From assembly GCA_039801225.1 (NCBI GenBank), contig JBDRUH010000007.1, positions 36,427 to 50,419 of the forward strand: a stretch of DNA of 13,993 bases, in the 5' to 3' direction. Made by a program: the position numbers and the translations under genes. The DNA is from a candidate division WOR-3 bacterium. Its GTDB lineage: Bacteria > Hydrothermota > Tepidihabitantia > Tepidihabitantales > Tepidihabitantaceae. The notes under the pieces are model-generated. The model was not told the origin of the DNA. It saw only the letters and a program-made list of their open reading frames with translations, and ran no database searches. Numbering within the stretch: the stretch's first letter is position 1; each line of letters starts with the position of its first letter. Below are positions 7,138 to 13,993 of this stretch, piece by piece.

Positions 7138-7238
7138 TACATTTTCCCTAACACACTAATAGAAATTAACCTGTTCCGCTGGGGAATATGTCTGTGGCCA
7201 AGAGATCGTTACCATCCAGGAAGGGGATATTGGAGCTG

Positions 7239-7267
7239 ATTATATCAAGGATAATGGGTGGAAGCAA
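7239..7267 (-). promoter_or_regulatory. Element-borne outward-facing promoter
   Basis: On the - strand: TTGCTT (7267-7262), 17-bp spacer, TG-extended TATAAT (7244-7239). Homologous to 173-201. Confidence 0.55.
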
Positions 7268-7298
7268 GACGAGCCGCCAGGGCAATTCCCTCGCCTCC

Positions 7299-7462
7299 CA
7301 TTCCGACCGAAGAGGAGGAATTCTTTCGTAAAGTCAAAAGCCAAAAGCCAAATCTCAATTCGTTTTGACTTTTGCAATTTGCATTTTGGCTTTTGCGATT
7401 TAACCCTCGGCTCCGTCATTCCGAGCCTGCCGAGGAATCCCTCTCTGTTCGCTCGGGGCAGG
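7299..7462. repeat. Cluster of REP-like palindromes flanking a heptamer-repeat hairpin
   Basis: CATTCC..GAGGAAT units at 7299-7322 and 7415-7440. GYCAAAA-type x3 (7333-7353) faces TTTTGRC-type x5 (7363-7397). CCCTCTCTGTTCGCTCGGGGCAGG unit at 7439-7462. Confidence 0.8.
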
Positions 7463-7638
7463 TTTTGGGTTTAAGAGTTCCGGCAAGCGGACAAAGGGCG
7501 AAGGTTCATATCTGCGTCCTGATGTGGTCGCTGGAGGCTGTAGAAGTATATCCAGGCGGCTTTTTTCAACCAATGCTCCAATACTACCATCGCCGTACCC
7601 TGGTAACGATGTCTTGGCGCAAAAATATTTTTTGCGAT

Positions 7639-7666
7639 TTGACATTTAGGAGATAATATATATCCT
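7639..7666 (+). promoter_or_regulatory. Putative topA promoter
   Basis: TTGACA 7639-7644, 16-bp spacer, TATCCT 7661-7666. ATG lies 10 nt later with no SD in between. Confidence 0.55.
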
Positions 7667-7676
7667 TACCAACCCA

Positions 7677-9785
7677 ATGAGCAGAAAAAAGGAACTGTTA
7701 ATCGTTGAGTCGCCAACTAAGGCGCACACCATCTCCCGGCTTTTAAAAGGGAAGATGCGGGTTCTGTCTTCAAAGGGGCATATTGTTGATTTGCCTAAGT
7801 CCCGTTTAGGGGTTGATATTGAGAATGGGTTTGAGCCGGATTATATTAAAATAAGGGGGAAGGCACAGATAATTAATGAGTTGCGGGCTGCGGCGCAAGA
7901 GAGCGAGGTGGTTTATTTGGGCTGCGACCCGGACCGGGAGGGTGAGGCGATTGCCTATTCGGTGGCAAACGAGATAAAGAATGGTGCCGAAATCAAACGG
8001 GTACTTTTTTACGAAATTACCCCTAAAGGAATTTATGAGGCGTTCTCTTCACCGGGTGAGATTGATTTGAGGAAGGTTGATTCTCATAAGGCAAGGCGGG
8101 TTTTAGACCGGCTGGTAGGTTATCTGGTTTCACCGCTCTTGTGGCAAACAGTGAAGGCGGGTCGCTCAGCAGGTAGGGTTCAGACCGTGGCATTGAGGCT
8201 CATTGTTGAAAGGGAGCGGGAGATTCAGGCTTTTGTGCCGAAGGAGTTCTGGGTTGTTAAGGCGGTATTTCGCCGCAAGAGCGGGGAGAGGTTTGAGGCG
8301 GTTTTGATAAAAATCGGTGGCAAGGAGTTTAAACTTAAATCTGCTGAGGAGGTTGAGGCGGTCCGAAAGGGCTGTGCCGTGGCGAGTTTTTCGGTTGCCA
8401 CCCTGTTGCCAAAGGAACGGCACAAGCGACCTCTGCCGCCTTTTGTTACCGCAACGATGATCAAGGATGCCGGGCAGTTGCTCGGGTTCAGTTCTTCTCG
8501 GACGATGCGGGTGGCACAGGCGTTGTTTGAAGGGGTTGATTTAGAAGAGGAGAGTGTTGGACTTATCACCTATCCTCGCACCGACTCCTTCCGGGTGGCG
8601 GACGATGTGATTGGTGATACGAGGAAGATGATTGCCGAGGTGTATGGCGAGAAGTATCTGCCAGAGAAGCCCAGACATTATCCAGACCGTAAGGGAACCC
8701 AGGGCGCCCACGAGGCGATAAGACCAACAAGGGTTGACCTGATGCCAGAGAAGGTTAAACGGTATCTCAGCCGGGACCAGTGGAAACTTTACGATTTGAT
8801 TTACCGCCGGTTTGTTGCCAGTCAGATGGCGGATGCGGTTTATAGCGCACGGGAGGTAACAATCCAGGGCGGCGACTACACCTTCCGGGCTAACGCTTTG
8901 CATAGGGTTTTTGCCGGATTTGAGCGGGTATATGGTGAACCGGAAAAGGAACTGGTTTTGCCAGAACTGGTGGTCGGCGAATCTGTCCAACTTGAAGAAT
9001 TTCTCCCGGAACAGAGGTTTACCCAGCCACCACCGAGATATAGCGAGGCGACTTTAATCAAACGGCTTGAGGTGCAGGGAATAGGCAGACCTTCAACCTA
9101 TGCGACGATTGTTCCCACGCTATTAGAACGCAAGTATGTTGAGCGCCAGGAGGGGAAACTAGTCCCAACCGAGTTGGGGTTAATAGTTAATGATATACTT
9201 GTGCCGAGGTTTGAGAATGTATTTGCGATTGGTTTCACCCGGGAGATGGAGAAAGAACTGGACCGGATTGAGGAGGGAAAAGAGGAGTGGCGGAAGGTGG
9301 TGGCAGATTTTTATCAACCGTTCAAAGCCGATCTGGACAAGGCGCTTGCCGAGATTAAAAGCATCAGGGAAGGTTTAACCCAGAAACTTGAGGAGAAATG
9401 CCCGAAATGCGGTTCGGCACTAACTGAGCGCTGGGGTAGATTTGGGAAATTTGTCGCCTGCTCAAGATACCCTGAATGTGATTATGTAAAGAGACCCGTG
9501 GAAAAATTGCTCAGTGAGAATTGTCCCAAATGCGGTCGGGCGCTTGTGGAGAGGAAAAGTCGGTTCGGCAAATTTGTTGCCTGTTCGGGTTATCCGGAAT
9601 GCGATTATATCAAGAAACAGGAAAAGGAGCCGGCGAAAGTTCTTGAGGAAAAATGCCCTAAGTGCCAGTCGCCCTTGGTTGAACGGCAGGGGAGGTTCGG
9701 GAAATTTATCGCCTGTTCTGGCTATCCGAAGTGCCGTTATACCAGGAAGGCTTACCTTGAACGGAGCCGAAAGGAGAGGAAATGA
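7677..9785 (+). CDS. topA: Type IA DNA topoisomerase I
   Basis: TOPRIM LIVESPTKA, DPDREGEAI, SAGRVQT, catalytic GLITYPRTDS, QGAHEAIRPT, GIGRPSTYA, and three C-terminal C4 zinc ribbons. Confidence 0.98.
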   Translation: MSRKKELLIVESPTKAHTISRLLKGKMRVLSSKGHIVDLPKSRLGVDIENGFEPDYIKIRGKAQIINELRAAAQESEVVYLGCDPDREGEAIAYSVANEIKNGAEIKRVLFYEITPKGIYEAFSSPGEIDLRKVDSHKARRVLDRLVGYLVSPLLWQTVKAGRSAGRVQTVALRLIVEREREIQAFVPKEFWVVKAVFRRKSGERFEAVLIKIGGKEFKLKSAEEVEAVRKGCAVASFSVATLLPKERHKRPLPPFVTATMIKDAGQLLGFSSSRTMRVAQALFEGVDLEEESVGLITYPRTDSFRVADDVIGDTRKMIAEVYGEKYLPEKPRHYPDRKGTQGAHEAIRPTRVDLMPEKVKRYLSRDQWKLYDLIYRRFVASQMADAVYSAREVTIQGGDYTFRANALHRVFAGFERVYGEPEKELVLPELVVGESVQLEEFLPEQRFTQPPPRYSEATLIKRLEVQGIGRPSTYATIVPTLLERKYVERQEGKLVPTELGLIVNDILVPRFENVFAIGFTREMEKELDRIEEGKEEWRKVVADFYQPFKADLDKALAEIKSIREGLTQKLEEKCPKCGSALTERWGRFGKFVACSRYPECDYVKRPVEKLLSENCPKCGRALVERKSRFGKFVACSGYPECDYIKKQEKEPAKVLEEKCPKCQSPLVERQGRFGKFIACSGYPKCRYTRKAYLERSRKERK
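9750..9777 (+). repeat. REP-like 28-mer forming the last codons of topA
   Basis: GCTTACCTTGAACGGAGCCGAAAGGAGA is 25/28 identical to 524-551; it encodes AYLERSRKE. Confidence 0.8.
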
Positions 9786-10201
9786 GATGGGTTAAGAATG
9801 GCGATTTTTATCAACTAAGGCTCTTAACTGGTGAGGAGATTGTTAGCAGTTTAGTTGATTTTGTCCAAAAGGTAAGGATTAAGTCCGGGGTAATCTGGGG
9901 GCTGGGTGCGGCTAAGGAGATAGTTCTCGGCTGGTATGACCTGAAGCACCATATTTACCACCGGCGTCGGTTTCGGGGTGAATACGAAATCTGCACCTTA
10001 ATGGGAAATATCGCCTGGGAAAACTCTGAACCCATCTGCCATATTCATACGGTGATAAGTAATCGGCGATTTGCAACCTATGGCGGACATTTGTTTGAGG
10101 GAAAGGTTGGCGCCACCTGCGAAATTACCATTCTAACCGGAAGAAAGAGGTTATGCCGGGAGTTGGTGCCTGATGCCGGTCTGAAACTCCTTAAGTTATA
10201 A
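9782..10201 (+). CDS. PPC domain (DUF296) putative DNA-binding protein
   Basis: RLxxGEEI, GLGA, YEIxxLxGNI, HIHxxI, YGGHL and TCEI motifs. ATGA overlap with topA. Confidence 0.9.
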   Translation: MRWVKNGDFYQLRLLTGEEIVSSLVDFVQKVRIKSGVIWGLGAAKEIVLGWYDLKHHIYHRRRFRGEYEICTLMGNIAWENSEPICHIHTVISNRRFATYGGHLFEGKVGATCEITILTGRKRLCRELVPDAGLKLLKL

Positions 10202-10202
10202 C

Positions 10203-10775
10203 TCAGCGCACCTCGGTGAATCTGGGTCGAGCAAAAACCACCTGACCAACATCGGTCGTGACGCAGCCCTGAACAACAACCTCAATCTCCTGTCCAACCG
10301 CTGAGCCGGCATCCTCCACCACAACTTTGATTCCACCCTCCAGATAGCCAATACCTTCACCCTTTTCCTTTCCCTGTTTAGTGATTTTTACCTTCAAAAC
10401 CATTCCCGGCAGATAGTCGGGGCGGAGCAGGTTAAATATGTCCGCGGTAGTTACAACGGCAATACCATCGGCTGCCGACTTCAGCGAGACCTGCGTAGTT
10501 ATTATTGTCGCCCGCTGTCGCCGGGCAATCTGGAGCAGGTCTGCGGTAGTTTTTATCTCCGGGCAAAGCCGAACCTCTAACCCCTTTAATTCCTTTAGTC
10601 GTTTAAGATTTTCCTTTGCCCGCTGAACCGTTATTTCATTGGGCATCTCTGCTTTAGAAGGCTCGGGCACAAGAACTTTCCCATAAACAAGCCCGAGCCG
10701 GAGAAATTCCACCACCCTCGGATCCGAGAGGGTGTCCAAATCTAAGATAAATGTTTTCGGTCGGATAAAGAACAT
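10203..10775 (-). CDS. PIN-like + TRAM domain protein (YacL-like, without a membrane region)
   Basis: C-terminal PG..LKVKITKQGKEKGEGIGYLEGGIKVVVEDA...TDVGQVVFA matches the YacL-type TRAM domain. N-terminal FILDLDTLSDPRV is PIN-like. GGAGG RBS; lies downstream of radA. Confidence 0.8.
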   Translation of the reverse strand: MFFIRPKTFILDLDTLSDPRVVEFLRLGLVYGKVLVPEPSKAEMPNEITVQRAKENLKRLKELKGLEVRLCPEIKTTADLLQIARRQRATIITTQVSLKSAADGIAVVTTADIFNLLRPDYLPGMVLKVKITKQGKEKGEGIGYLEGGIKVVVEDAGSAVGQEIEVVVQGCVTTDVGQVVFARPRFTEVR

Positions 10776-10796
10776 AAAAACCTCCCCGAATCAATC

Positions 10797-12176
10797 TCAT
10801 CTTTTCAATCCTAAGATTTTCAGTGCGGTGGTGATGGTATCAATTGAAACCACCGCAATTTTGCTCTTTTTCGGTCTCTGGTTTCGTTCCGGCAAAAACA
10901 CCTTTTTGAAACCAAGACGCGCCGCTTCATTCACCCGCTCTTCGGTCCGGCTTATTGCCCGGACCTCACCCGCCAGCCCGACCTCGCCAAGGAATACAAT
11001 ATCCTCCGGAAGGGGAATATTACGGATAGCGCTAGCCAGCGCCACAACAACCCCTAAGTCCGATGCCGGTTCGGTTATTTTAAAACCGCCGGCGATGTTT
11101 AGAAAGATGTCCTTGTTGGCGGTGGAGATTCCGGCCCGGCGCTCCAGTACAGAGAGAAGTAGCGCCAGACGCCTGAAGTCAAAACCGCTAACCACCCGCT
11201 GCGGCAAAGAGAAGTGGGTGGTAGCGGCAAGCGCCTGAATTTCCACCAGTAGTGGTCGGGTACCCTCAAGAGCACAAACCACCGCGGAGCCGGAAATATC
11301 ACTCCGGCGTCCAGCAAGGAAGAACCGGGAGGGGTTGGGAACCTCAACCAGTCCCGTATCGGACATCTCAAAAACGCCGATTTCGTTCGTCGGTCCGTAG
11401 CGGTTTTTCACCGTCCGAACAATCCGGTAGTTCTGGGACGCCTCACCTTCAAAATAGAGGACGGTGTCAACCATATGTTCCAGGGTCTTGGGACCGGCAA
11501 TGGCGCCAAATTTGGTCACATGACCAATAATAAAAGTGGTAAGACGCCTTGATTTTGCCAGACGAAGGAGAAAAGCGGTGCACTCTCGCACCTGCGCAAC
11601 ACTACCGGGCGGACTCATTAGTGCCGCGGTGGCGAGCGTCTGAATAGAGTCAATTACCAGGACCTCGGGGTTGATTTCCTCAACTGTGGTAAGGACATCT
11701 TCTATGTCAACCGTGGCCAAGAGAAACAGGTCTTTGCCATTGGCGCCGAGCCTTGCCGCGCGCACCCGAACCTGTTCCGGTGATTCCTCGCCAGTTATAT
11801 AGAGAACTATTTTGCCCTGTTCGTTTATTTTGTGACAGACCTGTAAAATAAGGGTTGACTTACCGATACCCGGCTCACCACCCAAGAGCAAAAGTGAACC
11901 GGGAACTATGCCGCCACCTAAAACCCGGTCAAGTTCAGATATACCGGTGAGTTGACGGGGGGTTCGCGCCAATGAGAGTTCATTCAGCCGAACCGGCTTC
12001 GCTTCCCCTTTCCGCCTTCCCCCTTCCGTTTTCCGCATTCCGAATTCCGCTTTCCCCCTTTTCTCTACAACCTCCTCTTCCACTAAGCTGTTCCACTCGC
12101 CACAACTTAAGCATTTGCCCAGCCAGCGCGGGGACTGATACCCGCAATTCTGACAGACAAAAACGGTCTTTTTCAT
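10797..12176 (-). CDS. radA: DNA repair protein RadA/Sms
   Basis: N-terminal C4 zinc finger (CQNCG..W.GKCLSCGEWNS), Walker A GEPGIGKST, KNRYG motif and a Lon-like C-terminus. Confidence 0.98.
   Translation of the reverse strand: MKKTVFVCQNCGYQSPRWLGKCLSCGEWNSLVEEEVVEKRGKAEFGMRKTEGGRRKGEAKPVRLNELSLARTPRQLTGISELDRVLGGGIVPGSLLLLGGEPGIGKSTLILQVCHKINEQGKIVLYITGEESPEQVRVRAARLGANGKDLFLLATVDIEDVLTTVEEINPEVLVIDSIQTLATAALMSPPGSVAQVRECTAFLLRLAKSRRLTTFIIGHVTKFGAIAGPKTLEHMVDTVLYFEGEASQNYRIVRTVKNRYGPTNEIGVFEMSDTGLVEVPNPSRFFLAGRRSDISGSAVVCALEGTRPLLVEIQALAATTHFSLPQRVVSGFDFRRLALLLSVLERRAGISTANKDIFLNIAGGFKITEPASDLGVVVALASAIRNIPLPEDIVFLGEVGLAGEVRAISRTEERVNEAARLGFKKVFLPERNQRPKKSKIAVVSIDTITTALKILGLKR
12002..12057. 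repeat. Eight tandem heptamers (HTTCCSN) inside the radA linker
   Basis: CTTCCCC TTTCCGC CTTCCCC CTTCCGT TTTCCGC ATTCCGA ATTCCGC TTTCCCC. Confidence 0.85.
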
Positions 12177-13582
12177 AACCTGCCGGCAGAAACCGGCTCT
12201 TCCGGATAACGGGTTTCAGGAGTTTCAAACCGCATATACTCATAATTAAACACCAGGGTAATGGTATCGGTTGGACCGTTCCTTTGCTTGGCGATGTTGA
12301 GCTCTGCCGCCCGTCTTTTATTCTCGTCCAGTGCCGCCCACTCCTTGGTTCGGTATGCCGCCTCCCGGAAAAGAAAGAGGACAACATCCGCATCCTGTTC
12401 CAAGGCGCCAGACTCACGCAAATCGGCCAGTTGCGGTCTTTTGTCCACCCGGGTTTCTGGCGCCCGGGAGAGCTGGGATATTGCCACCACCGGCACCTGT
12501 AACTCCTTTGCCATTGCCTTAAGTGTCCGGGAGATTTCGGCAATCTCCTGCTGGCGGTTACGCTCGCGTCTGCGGTCACCATGGGTCTCCAGGAGTTGCA
12601 GGTAGTCAATGATCACCATTCCCAGGTCTGGGTGTTCCCCTTTTAGCCGCCGGGCTCTTGCCCGGACCTCCAGGGCATTCAACCCTGGGGAGTCGTCAAT
12701 GAACAACTTTGCCTCGGAGAGTGAGGCAACCGCCGTAGCCACCCGGGGATATTCAACGGCGGTTATCATCCCCCGGCGCAACTTGGGCAATGAAACCCTG
12801 GCCTCGGAGCAGATGAGCCGCTGAATCAGGCTTTCCATTGACATCTCCAGGCTGAATACCGCCACCGGCACCCTTTTTTTTGCCCGCAGCGTGGCGTTGA
12901 CCGCAATGTTAAGGGCAAAGGCGGTTTTCCCCATACCCGGTCGTCCGGCGATGATGATGAAGTCACCGGGCTGAAAGCCGGAGGTTAAACGGTCGAGGTC
13001 GTCAAAACAGGTCTCAACACCGGTGATAAACCGTTTCTCCTCCTGTGCCTTCTCAATTCGCTCCATCTCCTCCATCAGCCGTTCCTGAACCAGGACAAAA
13101 CCCTTTCTTTCCCCTGCCTGGCGCAACTGGAAGATTTTACTCTCGGCTATCTCTAAAAGTTCATCCGAGGTTTTGCCCTCATCATAAGCCGACTGGACAA
13201 TTTCTGTGGCGGTCTGAATCAACTGACGCTGGATCGCCTTTTCTAAGACCAGCCGGGCGTGCTCTTCGCAGTTAGCCGCGGTGAGGACCATCTCCATTAA
13301 ACTGGAGAGAAAGGGGTGACCACCCACCAGGTCCAGCGCCTTCATCCGGCGGAGTTCATTGGCAACGGTGATGATATCGTAGGGCAACTTTTGGTTGAAA
13401 AGGGAGAGCATCGCCTCGTAAACCAGCCGGTGCGTCGGTGAGTAGAAATGCTCGGGTCTGAGAAACTGCATCACCCGTGGTAACGCCTCAGGGTCAAGAA
13501 GAATCGCCCCTAAAATCGCCGCCTCCGCATCTAAGGCTTGGGGGGGCTTTTTCTCAATCCGGGTCTCGCCTTCAATCGCCAT
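12173..13582 (-). CDS. dnaB: Replicative DNA helicase
   Basis: PPQALDAEAAILGA, Walker A AGRPGMGKT, FSLEMS, IDYLQL, SQLSR, DLRESGALEQDAD, AKQRNGP. ATG 13582 preferred. No intein. Confidence 0.98.
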   Translation of the reverse strand: MAIEGETRIEKKPPQALDAEAAILGAILLDPEALPRVMQFLRPEHFYSPTHRLVYEAMLSLFNQKLPYDIITVANELRRMKALDLVGGHPFLSSLMEMVLTAANCEEHARLVLEKAIQRQLIQTATEIVQSAYDEGKTSDELLEIAESKIFQLRQAGERKGFVLVQERLMEEMERIEKAQEEKRFITGVETCFDDLDRLTSGFQPGDFIIIAGRPGMGKTAFALNIAVNATLRAKKRVPVAVFSLEMSMESLIQRLICSEARVSLPKLRRGMITAVEYPRVATAVASLSEAKLFIDDSPGLNALEVRARARRLKGEHPDLGMVIIDYLQLLETHGDRRRERNRQQEIAEISRTLKAMAKELQVPVVAISQLSRAPETRVDKRPQLADLRESGALEQDADVVLFLFREAAYRTKEWAALDENKRRAAELNIAKQRNGPTDTITLVFNYEYMRFETPETRYPEEPVSAGRL

Positions 13583-13993
13583 CCGCCACCCGCCTTTGAT
13601 ACAAATCGGCAATAATCCTGACCAGTTTTAGAGCAAAATCGGCTTTATCCTGCTCCGGGAGATGCTCTATTTTGCCCGATGAGAAAATAAGCGTCGGCTT
13701 TATCCTCCTCGCACCGGCGGTGTCCGTAGGGTTGGCAACGACCAGGTCCAGTTTCTTCTCAAGTAGTTTTGCCTTCGCCCGGGTAAGAGAATCATCAAGG
13801 GAGAAGCCAACCACCAATCGCTCACCTTTCCTTAATGTAACCTCTTTAAGGATGTCGGTTGTCCGCTTGAGTTTTAAGGCCAGTTCCGTTTCGTGGTATT
13901 TCTTTTTTCCCCTTTCTTCGGGCTGATAATCGGCTACCGCGGCACACATTATTAAAATCTCCGTTTCGGGTAAAGCCTTAAAAACCGCCTTAA
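13572..13993 (-). CDS. coaBC: Bifunctional phosphopantothenoylcysteine decarboxylase/synthetase, 3' part (continues beyond the window)
   Basis: AAVADY, LKLKRTTDIL, VGFSL and AKAKLLEKKLDLVVAN motifs of the CoaB domain. The frame is open to the window edge. Confidence 0.88.
   Translation of the reverse strand, partial: KAVFKALPETEILIMCAAVADYQPEERGKKKYHETELALKLKRTTDILKEVTLRKGERLVVGFSLDDSLTRAKAKLLEKKLDLVVANPTDTAGARRIKPTLIFSSGKIEHLPEQDKADFALKLVRIIADLYQRRVADGD

Larger units (their letters stand above)
7197..7618. mobile_element. 422-bp non-coding element with terminal inverted repeats (MITE-like or large structured RNA)
   Basis: 17/18 inverted repeat GCCAAGAGATCGTTACCA (7197-7214) / TGGTAACGATGTCTTGGC (7601-7618). 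Subterminal 9/9 inverted repeat TATTGGAGC (7228-7236) / GCTCCAATA (7575-7583). Second copy at 1-246. No target-site duplication or transposase seen. Confidence 0.6.

Noticed and set aside
7197..7618. Integron attC or dif site interpretation
   Set aside because: The ends do not fit RYYYAAC...GTTRRRY or the XerC/D consensus, and no integrase is present.
7372..7656. Overlapping ORFs 7372-7656 (+) and 7400-7645 (-) as a possible transposase
   Set aside because: Short, with no DDE, HUH or recombinase motifs, and derived largely from repeat sequence.
9390..9740. Three DNA-level repeats at the 3' end of topA
   Set aside because: Ordinary TopA C4 zinc-ribbon repeats.
10732..12609. Alternative-frame and antisense ORFs over radA and dnaB (e.g. 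10732-11238, 11980-12609)
   Set aside because: Shadow ORFs of well-conserved genes with no independent coding signal.
12173..13582. Intein in DnaB
   Set aside because: The length (469 aa) and continuous motifs leave no room for an insertion.

Overview
Bacterial chromosomal window, probably FCB-group or a related candidate phylum such as WOR-3 (inferred only from a T9SS/Por-type C-terminal domain). The + strand carries a 921-aa secreted beta-propeller-repeat protein, a TPR protein, topA and a PPC/DUF296 gene. The - strand carries an ABC-2 permease with pdxA, and a coupled coaBC(partial)-dnaB-radA-PIN/TRAM run. The unusual content is non-coding. (1) A ~420-bp element bounded by inverted repeats (7197-7618) has a second, inverted, partial copy at 1-246; it contains REP-like palindromes, a heptamer-repeat hairpin and a conserved outward-facing promoter. 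(2) Related REP-like and heptamer repeats sit in frame inside topA, radA and the secreted protein. (3) A ~150-nt structured RNA candidate with its own promoter and anti-Shine-Dalgarno loops lies at ~5058-5212. (4) A second inverted-repeat-bounded multi-hairpin region lies at 3505-3740. No CRISPR array, tRNA, rRNA or transposase was seen.
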